From the IMG/VR virus record IMGVR_UViG_3300025061_000003: a stretch of DNA of 64,000 bases, one strand, 5' to 3'. The notes under the pieces were generated by a model. It had not been told where the DNA came from and searched no databases. It worked only from the letters and a program-made list of their open reading frames with translations. Shown piece by piece: positions 1 to 9,633 of the stretch (position 1 is its first letter; each line of letters starts with the position of its first letter). Origin of the DNA: an uncultured virus (IMG/VR IMGVR_UViG_3300025061_000003) (lineage: Duplodnaviria > Heunggongvirae > Uroviricota > Caudoviricetes). A program made the position numbers and the translations under genes.

Positions 1-1513
1 AAAAAGCAATTAAATTCAAAAACACTTTTGATTTTTTTTGGTTGTTGTAATTTCCATAAATAATTTTTTAAATCGGTTATGCGAACTTTCTTAAAAGCTA
101 ACTTCACATGGTTCGCTGCTCCATTTAAATCAGAATTTATTATTACATTTAACACATTATCTCTAAATAATCCTCTCGACAATTTATTGCCTTTACTACC
201 TCGATTTCCATTTAAATCATTAGGTAATATCGGTTCATTCTTTGATTTTTTCTCTTGGTTTTTATTTACATCACTGCTTAAACAACTTGTCTTTGAAGTA
301 TAACCTTCATCTTCTTTATGTATAAATATATTGTGCATAGGTGATTTTTCTTCTATCATATTTAATAATTTTCCAAAAGGTATTTGATAGAATTTTTGTT
401 TTGTCTTTTTATTCATTTTTATTTCACCCGTTGTTTTGGTGAAACTTAAATTCTTTGATATAACTAAATCCGTTACTTTATTTTTTTGCAAAGATTCTAA
501 TATTTTTTTAGAATATTGATTCATTTTATCATCAAAATATCTTCTTCTTTTTTCAATTAACTTACTTTTTTCTTTTTTTAATTTTCGACCTTTATTAGTA
601 TATAAAATAGGGATTTCTATTGTAGTGCCATCTTTTTTAATGACTTCTCTAAATTCGATGGCTTCTTTTGAAATCTGTTCTTGATAATTACTTAATAATT
701 TATTATAAAAACAATTCTTAGCAATAAATTTAATACACCAATATCTAATCCCGCTTGTTTTATTTTTCGTTGAGCACGTTTATTATTTTGTTTAATTAAT
801 TTTTTATCTACTTCATAAGTAAAATTATAATAAATATCCCCATTTGAATAACTTACATTTAAAGATTTTATTGTTTTTGAATTAACATATTGATTAGATA
901 AAAAGCGAGTTTGAATTTGTTTCTTAAAAAATGTTAAACCTAAAACATTTTTTCTCTTTAAAGAAAATTTATCACAAGAAAGTTGAATTGAATATTGGTT
1001 TACATTTTTAAGTTTTTTAGGCTTCGGATATTGAGGACAACCTGTTAATCCAGAAGCCTCTTTTTCTGTAAACCATTTCTTTTTATTTTTAAAATAATTT
1101 TTCCAATTTTTCTTGATATTTTTGAGTAATTCGGAAATATTCTTATCTTTTAGATATTCATAAAGTGATTTAGCACTTTGCATTAATTGATTATTTTTGT
1201 AATAATCATTGACTTTTTTAATATCATTTTTTGTTATAATACCACCCGTATTATTAGATAAAACGCCTTTCATAATTTTAGGATTAAGTAATAAATTAAA
1301 CATTTCCCAAACGTTATTATTTTCATCAAGAATAACCTCTTCACGAAGTTTGGATTTAACATACAAATATTCTTCGGCTAAAATAATATTCAACATATTA
1401 TCAAGGTGTTTCATAGTGAAAATAGCTTTTTTGGCGTGACGAATTATTTTCGGATTACGTTCTCTAACCGAAAATGTTTTTAATTCTAATTTATCTTCAT
1501 CTACAATATTCAT
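1..1513 (-). pseudogene. tnpB: TnpB-family RNA-guided nuclease, frameshifted; 3' end runs off the window
   Basis: ORF 692-1513 ends just after RuvC-I (GLDIGV). Another frame continues AKNCFYNKLL...FYQIPFGKL...EGYTSKTSC...NSDLNGAANH (RuvC-III) to position 1. The break near 700-725 looks like an internal deletion. Confidence 0.85.
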
Positions 1514-1519
1514 AAAAAT

Positions 1520-1548
1520 ATTATAATTAAAAATTATAATAAAGTCAA
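1520..1548 (-). promoter_or_regulatory. sigma70-type promoter for tnpB, probably leaderless transcript
   Basis: Minus strand TTGACT-17 nt-TATAAT, with the -10 box 6 nt before the ATG at 1513 and no SD. Confidence 0.6.
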
Positions 1549-1725
1549 GTGTTTAATATTTTTATAACATTTTGAAGTTTGCGGATAACATTGGTACAAC
1601 CGATAGTTTTAGCAAAAAAAATAGCTCTATTATAAAGGAAATAAAAGAAAAATTAATAATAAGGCTTGTATCAAATATAAAACATGTTATAATACTCCTT
1701 ATTTATATTTAAATAAGGTAATGTT

Positions 1726-1935
1726 ATGACAGAAAAAGAAATATTTAAATTGATAAAATTTGCAAAGAAAATTCCTTCAAAAACCCATTTTGGAGTTGAG
1801 ACTGGTAATAATCAAATTTGTTTAACATTTATTGATTCTGTAACTCTTGACATTATCCAAGAAAACATGCAAAATAAAACTTATGAAGAAGCTAAAAAAA
1901 TAGTTAAAGCCTATAAAACACTTTCTTCAAATTAG
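1726..1935 (+). CDS. hypothetical protein
   Basis: ORF with AAGGT SD and upstream TGTTATAAT. Confidence 0.7.
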   Translation: MTEKEIFKLIKFAKKIPSKTHFGVETGNNQICLTFIDSVTLDIIQENMQNKTYEEAKKIVKAYKTLSSN

Positions 1936-2143
1936 TTAATTTATACTTCACTTTTGTTTCGACAAAAGATACTGATTAAAGTTAAAGACTGTGATTCGTT
2001 AATCAGTTAATTAGTATGAAAACAGTCTAAGTGCTTTTTTAAAATATTCTTTATTAGAGTATTTTATTAAAGCATTTTTTTTTGCTTTTATTCTTATATT
2101 AAGATATAATATAATTGTTATCTTAAATATTTTGGAGTTTATT

Positions 2144-2386
2144 ATGTTTGGAATCTTTTTATTTTTAATTATTACATTCTGTATTTCTTTTATTTTGTTT
2201 TTAAGTAATTCGGCTGTTATTTTTTATTTTAATAAATTCGGTTTCTCTAATACTTTTAAATATTCAAATCCTTTAATGGTACATTATCACTTTTATCAAA
2301 CTTTTAAAATATTAAGATTTTGCTCTAAAAATAATGTTAAATATTCTTATGCTCTTTCAAAAGGTCTTGGACAAATAACTAATTAA
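2144..2386 (+). CDS. small membrane protein
   Basis: GGAG SD before ATG 2144; hydrophobic N-terminus. Confidence 0.6.
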   Translation: MFGIFLFLIITFCISFILFLSNSAVIFYFNKFGFSNTFKYSNPLMVHYHFYQTFKILRFCSKNNVKYSYALSKGLGQITN

Positions 2387-2395
2387 GGAAATATA

Positions 2396-2731
2396 ATGAA
2401 AAATAATCAATACTATATTGCAGAAATAGCTTCTATGTCATATATGTGGTTTTTAACAGAACACCTATTAAGAACACTTAAATTTAAAAATAAATTTTTT
2501 AAAAATGAATTTATTGATAATACTTTAAACTTTATTTTATTTCCTTTTTTGATTTTAGGTTCACCAATTATTGCTTTCTTTCAAAAACAGTATTGTGAGG
2601 ATATTTCTAACAAAAAACATTCAATAATTATTGATAATTTTGTAACTTATTCTTCTCAAAATGTAGTTTTATTTCGTAATAACAATAACGAATTTGACTC
2701 AGACTTATTAAATAAAAATACAAAACATTAA
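2396..2731 (+). CDS. hypothetical membrane protein
   Basis: AAGGA SD; one hydrophobic segment. Confidence 0.6.
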   Translation: MKNNQYYIAEIASMSYMWFLTEHLLRTLKFKNKFFKNEFIDNTLNFILFPFLILGSPIIAFFQKQYCEDISNKKHSIIIDNFVTYSSQNVVLFRNNNNEFDSDLLNKNTKH

Positions 2732-2842
2732 TTATTAATACTATAAAAGATAGTAGTTACTTACAAAAAGCTTGCAATTTAAAAAAAATTTTTGTATAAT
2801 ATACTGAATTTTTTGGTGTTTTGTATTTTAAAGGTAAAAATA

Positions 2843-3958
2843 GTGAAAGAAAACAACATTACGATTAATAACAAATATGAAGAAAAGTCTTTTATTGAAT
2901 CAGCAAAATCTTTTCAAAGACTTAAAAATAAAACTCAAGTTTATTTTCCACAAAATGAACAAGAAGAAGTAACAAAAACAAGATTTAGTCATGTTTATGA
3001 AGTTTCTACTTGTGGTATGATTATGGCAAATATTATTGCTGATAAACTTAATATTAACTACACTGATATTGATTATCAAAATGCTCTTGAAAATACTTGT
3101 TTACTTCATGATATTGGGCATCCTCCTTTTGGTCACGATGGCGCAAGTATGATTCACGATTTCTTTTCTAATCTTGGATTAAGAGAAGGTTTTGATGATA
3201 ATAACAATAATATGATTATCATTGAAAAAGATCAGATTAATATCACTGATCATGTTAAAGTTAGTTTAATTAAATATCCTCATAAACTTTATGACGATCA
3301 AAAACATTATCTGCCTGTTTTGGAACGTGAAATTTTAAAAGATAAAAAACACTTTGCTCAATTTAATATTGATTTGCAAAATCAAAAAAGAACTATTACA
3401 TGTCAAATTATGGATGAAGCAGATCGTAATAGCTATGTAACTTCTGATTTGGCTGATTATTTATGTAATGGTGGATTACTTTCATTAGAAGATTTTCAAA
3501 ATATTAAAACTTATGAAGGTTTTAATTCTAATGTTAAATCAATGATTAATGATTTAGTTGAAAATACTTATAAAAAATCTAAAACAGAAATAAAAAACTA
3601 TTTTAATTTCTTAAAAAATCAATTTAATTTTGCCTTTACTATTAATGAAAACGGTTTAGTAATTGATAATCAAGATTTATTTGATTTACGTGAATTTTTA
3701 TCTGAAGTTGAATTTAAGTATATTATCAAACCTATTAGAAAAGAACAGCTTCATAAAGATAATATGGCTATGTTGTTTGAATATCTTAATTATGTTTATG
3801 AAAATGAATATTATCCTTCTAATACCTATAAAGGTTTAATTCAAAGTGCTAAAACTAATGAAGAAAAATTGAAATATATGCGCGATATGGTTTCAGAAGT
3901 TTCTGATTGGTATATTATTACTTTTTATAATAAATTAAACTCTGGTGAGTTAGATTAA
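2843..3958 (+). CDS. dgt: dNTP triphosphohydrolase (dGTPase-like HD protein)
   Basis: TRFSHVYEV, LHDIGHPPFGHDG, KYP and QIMDEADRNSY motifs; probable GTG start at 2843 after AAGGT. Confidence 0.85.
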   Translation: MKENNITINNKYEEKSFIESAKSFQRLKNKTQVYFPQNEQEEVTKTRFSHVYEVSTCGMIMANIIADKLNINYTDIDYQNALENTCLLHDIGHPPFGHDGASMIHDFFSNLGLREGFDDNNNNMIIIEKDQINITDHVKVSLIKYPHKLYDDQKHYLPVLEREILKDKKHFAQFNIDLQNQKRTITCQIMDEADRNSYVTSDLADYLCNGGLLSLEDFQNIKTYEGFNSNVKSMINDLVENTYKKSKTEIKNYFNFLKNQFNFAFTINENGLVIDNQDLFDLREFLSEVEFKYIIKPIRKEQLHKDNMAMLFEYLNYVYENEYYPSNTYKGLIQSAKTNEEKLKYMRDMVSEVSDWYIITFYNKLNSGELD

Positions 3959-4002
3959 TTTTAATTTTTGTGTTAGTATATTATTAACACTGGAGACTTA
4001 TT

Positions 4003-4635
4003 ATGATTAATGAAATTGAAAGAAAATTTCTTGTAAAAGAATTAAAAGATGAAACAAAGAATAGTGCTGATTCAATTAAGTCTATTGAACAAGCGTATAT
4101 TGGGGAAGGTGATAATTTTATTCAAAGAATTAGAACTTCCGCTTCTTTTAAAAATAATTCAGCATTACTTATCGGTATTCCTGATAATGAAACTGCTTTT
4201 TTAACTATTAAAGAAAAAAAGGGCGGAATTTCAAGAATTGAAGTAGAAACAACTATTCCTTTTGAGCAAGGTCTATTACTCATAGATAGCGAAAAAGAAA
4301 AAATTCAAAAAACTCGTTTTGTTATACCACAAGTAGAGTTTTACCAAAAAGAAGATATTCCAGAAGAAATTATTAAAGACACTGATAAGTATGGTTATAA
4401 AAGTCTTGAAAATGGACTTTATGAAAAAACACTTCATTGGGAAATTGATGTTTTTAAAGGTGATAATGAAGGGCTTGTATTAGCTGAAATTGAAATTGAT
4501 TGGGAAGGGCAACAATTTGATATCCCTGATTTTATTGGTAAAGAGGTTAGTCAAGATAGACGATATTATAATGCAGAACTTCTTAAAAATCCTATTTCAA
4601 AATGGAAATCTAAATCTAAAAAAATTAAACCATAA
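4003..4635 (+). CDS. CYTH-domain triphosphate tunnel metalloenzyme
   Basis: EIERKFLV N-terminus, KTR, WEIDVF..GLVLAEIE, RYYN. Confidence 0.9.
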   Translation: MINEIERKFLVKELKDETKNSADSIKSIEQAYIGEGDNFIQRIRTSASFKNNSALLIGIPDNETAFLTIKEKKGGISRIEVETTIPFEQGLLLIDSEKEKIQKTRFVIPQVEFYQKEDIPEEIIKDTDKYGYKSLENGLYEKTLHWEIDVFKGDNEGLVLAEIEIDWEGQQFDIPDFIGKEVSQDRRYYNAELLKNPISKWKSKSKKIKP

Positions 4636-4636
4636 A

Positions 4637-4662
4637 TAAAGCCTCTGTTGAGGCTTTTTTAT
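4637..4662 (+). terminator. intrinsic terminator
   Basis: AAAGCCTC-TGTT-GAGGCTTT followed by T-run. Confidence 0.75.
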
Positions 4663-4720
4663 TGCTTTATAAAATTTAAATTGCTATAATATATACTCAT
4701 TCATAGCAAAGGTAATTCTT

Positions 4721-5155
4721 TTGAAAGATAAAAATATTCAAATTCTTAATCAACTTTTTGAACTTTCTAAAAATGTTGCACCTATCGATGGAGCAAGAAT
4801 TGCAGCAGGTGTAGTTTTCAAAAATAATTTTGTTAGCATTGGTTTTTGTCAACGTAAAACCGATCCTATGCAAAAACAATTTGCTATTAATGAACATTGT
4901 ATTTATATGCATGCTGAAATTCACGCTATCAAACAAGCAAAGAAAATTTTAACAACTTCTCAATTTAAAAAATCCTCTATTTTTGTGGCTCGTTCTAAAA
5001 TTATTACTAACCAAATTAGCAATAAAAGAATAAAAAAATCTTGGGAATTTGGACTTGCAAAGCCCTGTGAAGGTTGTCAAAGTTGTATTGATACTTATGG
5101 TTTGCAAAGAAATGTTTATACAACCGACTCTGGTTATTCAGTTGATTTTAATTAA
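4721..5155 (+). CDS. zinc-dependent cytidine/deoxycytidylate deaminase-like protein
   Basis: HAE and PCEGC zinc motifs; TTG start after AAGGT. Confidence 0.85.
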   Translation: MKDKNIQILNQLFELSKNVAPIDGARIAAGVVFKNNFVSIGFCQRKTDPMQKQFAINEHCIYMHAEIHAIKQAKKILTTSQFKKSSIFVARSKIITNQISNKRIKKSWEFGLAKPCEGCQSCIDTYGLQRNVYTTDSGYSVDFN

Positions 5156-5164
5156 GAGTAAATT

Positions 5165-6112
5165 ATGTTAGAAAAAAGTGATTTCCAAAACAAAGAAAAA
5201 ATTCAGAACATCTTAGAGGGATATTCTACTTGTTTATATTATGATTACTCTGATAAAATTAATAAAATACATTTATCTAAAACAGAATGTGCTCATTTTT
5301 GGATTGATTTTTTCGAAACTTTTTCTTCACATATTTCAAAATTAAATATTGAAGAGCGTATTTCTTTTGATTTTTTAGCTCTTGTTTTTAATTATAATGA
5401 AAGGTCTTTTTGTAAGCTTAAACTTGATTACATTTTTAAAACTTTTCCATATTTAGTTCTTATTGATATTATTAGAAATTCTAATTCTCAATGGTATAGT
5501 GCAAAACAAAATAATTCTTCAAGATTAGATCTTTTTTATAAACTTATTGATTTACCTACACCTTTTAATGATCAAAGATTTTCTATTGAGCCTATTCATA
5601 CTGATTGTCTTAAAAAGGGCTTAAATCACTCGTTATGGTCTTCTAAGCGTAAAGGTGGATTAGTTAAAAACTTCAATCCTGAAACTAATGAGGTTTATTA
5701 TTCTAAATTTAGTTCCAGTTACAGAAATTTTTATTTAGATGCAAAAATTGGATTAGCTATTTATTTTAAAGATAAACCTTCCATTATTGTTTCTTTTAAT
5801 TTAGGAAAAAATAAAACTTTATTTATACACCAAATTCAATGTTTGAAAAAAGATAGAGGACATTACAAACTTGGCGAAAAATGGCAGTTTGAAGTTATTA
5901 AATATTTAAAATCTGTTTTTATTGATTACAAACTCCATATTATTTCAGGAGATAGTGCAGTTAAATTTGTTAAAGATATTTATGAAGTATCTGAAAATAA
6001 TGAATTTACTTCTCCAAGTCAAGAAAGCTATTTACGTATTAAGAATCTTTATGATTCATTTTTTAATCATAAATCTTTTTCTTATTGCAATATAAAATAT
6101 TATGTTTTATAA
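5165..6112 (+). CDS. hypothetical protein
   Basis: 315 aa ORF in operon context. Confidence 0.7.
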   Translation: MLEKSDFQNKEKIQNILEGYSTCLYYDYSDKINKIHLSKTECAHFWIDFFETFSSHISKLNIEERISFDFLALVFNYNERSFCKLKLDYIFKTFPYLVLIDIIRNSNSQWYSAKQNNSSRLDLFYKLIDLPTPFNDQRFSIEPIHTDCLKKGLNHSLWSSKRKGGLVKNFNPETNEVYYSKFSSSYRNFYLDAKIGLAIYFKDKPSIIVSFNLGKNKTLFIHQIQCLKKDRGHYKLGEKWQFEVIKYLKSVFIDYKLHIISGDSAVKFVKDIYEVSENNEFTSPSQESYLRIKNLYDSFFNHKSFSYCNIKYYVL

Positions 6113-6136
6113 TTTATAAAAATTTTGGGGGTAATA

Positions 6137-6415
6137 ATGTTAAAATTATCAGGAAAAAATAGTTTAAATGAATTATTTTTATATTTAAATTATATTAAAT
6201 CATTAGAAAATATTGATCATTCTAAAACTATTAAATTTTATAATTTTATAAAATCTGAAGATTTTAAACTTTTATTTGAAAAAGTAAAACAACATAAAAA
6301 TGAATGGATTACTTATAAAATTAATAATGAATCTATTTTTGATTTTATGTTAAATAAAAATTCAGTGACTTTTAAAACTACACATTGGACAAAAACAGTT
6401 AATTTTGATAATTAA
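6137..6415 (+). CDS. hypothetical protein
   Basis: G-rich SD before ATG 6137. Confidence 0.6.
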   Translation: MLKLSGKNSLNELFLYLNYIKSLENIDHSKTIKFYNFIKSEDFKLLFEKVKQHKNEWITYKINNESIFDFMLNKNSVTFKTTHWTKTVNFDN

Positions 6416-6472
6416 TTGATTTTATAAATTGTTTGTTATATAATAAAACATTCTTTAAAAAGAGGTGATTTT

Positions 6473-6634
6473 ATGAATTCTGTTACATATACACTTGATT
6501 ATTTTCAAGATAAAATCGAACAATGGCATCAAGATGAAAAGACTGATTTAGAGCTTCATGAATATCTTGGTTTATCTTGGGAAGAATACTGTACTTTAGT
6601 CGAAGAGGGGCGTGTTAATGACACAACAAAATAG
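6473..6634 (+). CDS. small acidic protein (53 aa, LHEYLGLSWEEY), not in the ORF track
   Basis: GAGGT SD; translated manually MNSVTYTLDYFQDKIEQWHQDEKTDLELHEYLGLSWEEYCTLVEEGRVNDTTK. Confidence 0.7.
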   Translation: MNSVTYTLDYFQDKIEQWHQDEKTDLELHEYLGLSWEEYCTLVEEGRVNDTTK

Positions 6635-7376
6635 TAAGAGAAAAAGTTTTAATTTTATTTATATTTTACTTGCTCTTGTAGTAGCAGGTGTAGCTGCTTT
6701 TCTTTATTCTGATCTTTCAAAAGATATCACTATTTCTTTTACAGAAGAACAAGTTCAAGAAAAAATTGATAACACACCATTAAAGCAAATATCTAAATTT
6801 GGTATTAAATCTGATATTCATAATTTGGCTGTCGATTTTTTAGAAACCAACAAAGTACTAATTGATGTTGATTTTACCGTTTATGGTTACTCAATAGAAG
6901 CTATTGGTAAAGGACAATTAAAAACCAGTGTAGTTTATCGAAATGGTGATTTCTTTATTCATGAACCTGAATTTAGAGATTTTAATTTAGTTGTTCAAAA
7001 ACAAAAAAATGAAATTGAAAAAATGAAAAATATTTTAAGCAATTCTTTTAATCGCTTAAAAAATAAATTTTCAGAAGAAGAACAAAGTGATATAAAAGTT
7101 TTAGCTAAGTCTTTTGCAGATAAATACAAACCTCAAGTTCAATCTATGGTTGAAGAAGAAATAAGACGTATTCTTGCTGAAAAACCTATTTATTCTCTTA
7201 ATGATAAAGACATTAAACAAAGTATTGCTGCTTTAATTCTTCAAGATATTAAATTTACAGATAAAGAAGCAATTGCTGTTTTGAAGCCTACTGCAATTTT
7301 TACGTCACCTATCTTTATTATTTCTGGTGTTTTGTTTTTTATTTTAATTGGGGCATTCTTTCTTTTTAGAAAATAA
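6618..7376 (+). CDS. membrane-anchored DUF1439 (YceB-like) protein
   Basis: N- and C-terminal TM segments; ISFTEEQVQEKID and LAEKPIYSL resemble DUF1439. Confidence 0.55.
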   Translation: MTQQNSKRKSFNFIYILLALVVAGVAAFLYSDLSKDITISFTEEQVQEKIDNTPLKQISKFGIKSDIHNLAVDFLETNKVLIDVDFTVYGYSIEAIGKGQLKTSVVYRNGDFFIHEPEFRDFNLVVQKQKNEIEKMKNILSNSFNRLKNKFSEEEQSDIKVLAKSFADKYKPQVQSMVEEEIRRILAEKPIYSLNDKDIKQSIAALILQDIKFTDKEAIAVLKPTAIFTSPIFIISGVLFFILIGAFFLFRK

Positions 7377-7400
7377 ATTTAATAAAATTTGGAGATAATA

Positions 7401-7670
7401 ATGATTATTAATTGTATTGATTGCGAATTTCATAGAGTTATAAACGATCCAGATCCTCACGACTCTTTCTGTAGGGATGATCTGGCTGTTGTTTGTACTA
7501 AAATGAAAAATGAAAAACAAGATAATAATTCAATATATGCGGCAGATAGACAAGAATATGCCATTATTACCTGTTCTTGTAGACCTTATAATATCAGAAA
7601 AGAATCTGAAAGACCTAAATCTTGCCCTCTTGATAAAGAAAAAATAAAGGATAAAGTTAATGAATTCTGA
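7401..7670 (+). CDS. Cys-rich small protein with C-terminal VNEF motif
   Basis: CxxC plus further Cys; GGAG SD. Confidence 0.7.
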   Translation: MIINCIDCEFHRVINDPDPHDSFCRDDLAVVCTKMKNEKQDNNSIYAADRQEYAIITCSCRPYNIRKESERPKSCPLDKEKIKDKVNEF

Positions 7671-7866
7671 ACAACTACAAAATTATTTTCAAGCGAGAAT
7701 AAACTTACAACTTGCGTTATTTTTTAAAGCAATTAAAGAAGATAATGAACAAGAAAAAGAAAAAATTAAAGCTGTTATTTATGAATTAAAAGAAATATGT
7801 AAAGATTTAGATATTGAAGTTAATACCAGCATTAGAGGCAGCTTTGATTTAGATATTACTCTTTAA
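7660..7866 (+). CDS. hypothetical protein
   Basis: overlapping ORF with AAGGA SD. Confidence 0.6.
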   Translation: MNSEQLQNYFQARINLQLALFFKAIKEDNEQEKEKIKAVIYELKEICKDLDIEVNTSIRGSFDLDITL

Positions 7867-7936
7867 TATTTTTTATTGATTTTTTCTTATTTTTTTATTA
7901 TAATATTATCATTATTTAATAACAAAGAACCTTTTA

Positions 7937-9190
7937 ATGAATGATATTCAATTTGTTGTATTTTCTTTTAAAAATTTAGAAACTTCAAAAATCCATGCTT
8001 TTTTTAGTTTTTTTTATAATGAAAATAAAAAGAAACATTATATTGCTATTGAAAAATTAACCATTTCAATTAAACCTTCTAGGAAAGAAATTGAAGGTTT
8101 GTATTCACTTATTTCAAAATATACACAAAATCAGACTCAAAAAACCGCTCATATCTTATCTAATTCTTCTATTAAACAAATATTAGATAAACATCCTACT
8201 GAATTTAAATACCAAAATATTTCAGTTGAAAGAAATAAAATTGGATGCATTCATCTTTTAGAAAAATATGATCTTCAAAAAGATCTTGATTATTTCAAAA
8301 AAAATAATCAATTTAATTTATTTTTAAATATTAGTGTTCATTATGAAACTAAAAATAGGAAAAAACAAACCTATTTAAAATTATCTTCTTTTCTTAATAA
8401 AGAAGATTCTATTTCTAATGAAAAAGCTTTTAAAATTGAGAAAAAAGGTATAACTCATACAAAAAATGATGCTCAATTGGTTTTATTTAATTTTGTCAAA
8501 GATCATGTTAATAATCTTAATATTTCTATTAAAAATTTATATATTAATAATAAATATAATGATATGAATCAACATTTTCCGATTAAAAAACATATTAAAC
8601 TAAAACACTTTGAATCAGTTAATAACTTACACTTTATTCAAGATAAATTTAAACGACCTTTAATTCTTCAGGAAGAAATTTTAGAAATGAGACAAAAAAT
8701 GGAATATTTTCTAAAAGAAAAAAGTAATCCTGAAAAATATACCGTTGTATATACAGATGGTAGCTGTAATGATACAAATAGATATTCTTCTGCTTGTTTA
8801 ATTGAAAGTGGTGACGAGAAATTAGAACATTGTTTTACTGATGATATTAAAGCTGGTGTCAAAAACAATAGTAATTATTGTGAACTTGTTGCTATTTATA
8901 GTTCTCTGGATCTAATTATTAAAAATAATCTTTTAGATAAACCTGTTTCTTTTATTGTTGATTCTGATTTTATTTCTATTAATTTGAGATGGTTAAAAGA
9001 AAAAAGATATGATCTTATTGATAAAAAACTTAAAAAATCACAACTTTTTAGAAAAATATATACTATGATTAATAAAAACAATATTAATTACGTTTTAACT
9101 ACTATTAAAAGTCATACTAATAATAAAATGGATTTATATCTAAAAAATAAAATAGTTGATGAAATGGCAAATAAAGCATTAAAACCTTAA
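7937..9190 (+). CDS. protein with C-terminal RNase HI domain and long unknown N-terminus
   Basis: YTDGS, NSNYCELVAI, VDSD, IKSH, NKIVDEMA. Confidence 0.8.
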   Translation: MNDIQFVVFSFKNLETSKIHAFFSFFYNENKKKHYIAIEKLTISIKPSRKEIEGLYSLISKYTQNQTQKTAHILSNSSIKQILDKHPTEFKYQNISVERNKIGCIHLLEKYDLQKDLDYFKKNNQFNLFLNISVHYETKNRKKQTYLKLSSFLNKEDSISNEKAFKIEKKGITHTKNDAQLVLFNFVKDHVNNLNISIKNLYINNKYNDMNQHFPIKKHIKLKHFESVNNLHFIQDKFKRPLILQEEILEMRQKMEYFLKEKSNPEKYTVVYTDGSCNDTNRYSSACLIESGDEKLEHCFTDDIKAGVKNNSNYCELVAIYSSLDLIIKNNLLDKPVSFIVDSDFISINLRWLKEKRYDLIDKKLKKSQLFRKIYTMINKNNINYVLTTIKSHTNNKMDLYLKNKIVDEMANKALKP

Positions 9191-9232
9191 TTTCAGTATT
9201 GACTTTATTTTTTTTTGTAATATAAAATAAAT

Positions 9233-9562
9233 ATCGACAAGAAATAAACTTTAAGTATTGGTAAAGCTGTGAAGCTTAATATTGTTAATGTCAAAAAACA
9301 CTAATACTTTTAAAAGTTTTAAATCTTGAAGAGATTAAGTAGAAATACTTAATAAAAACGAGTACTACCAGATATGGTAAACGAATGAAAAAACGTTAAA
9401 ATGACCTCAACCATTTTGTACACAACAAAAAGTTTAATAGTAATATTAAAGTAATAGAAACGTTAAAATGCAGAAAATTGAAAAATTAGACGCAAAAATC
9501 TTTGAAATTAGTGAAAACTAATAGAGAAGAAAAAGAGAAACCTTGCTTATGCAAGGTTTTCT
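9233..9562 (+). ncRNA. candidate stand-alone structured RNA (~330 nt)
   Basis: TTGACT promoter at 9199, no ORF over 17 aa noticed, several GNRA-capped hairpins, terminator AAACCTTGC-TTAT-GCAAGGTTTT. Confidence 0.55.
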
Positions 9563-9633
9563 TGCTTTAGTAGTTTACTTTTTGTTTATTAATTGATATA
9601 ATTAATTATCTTTTAAATATAGAACTAAATAAA

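Noticed and set aside
9233..9562. tmRNA or retron msr-msd
   Set aside because: No GGGG 5' end, T-arm or CCA end, and no reverse transcriptase in the window
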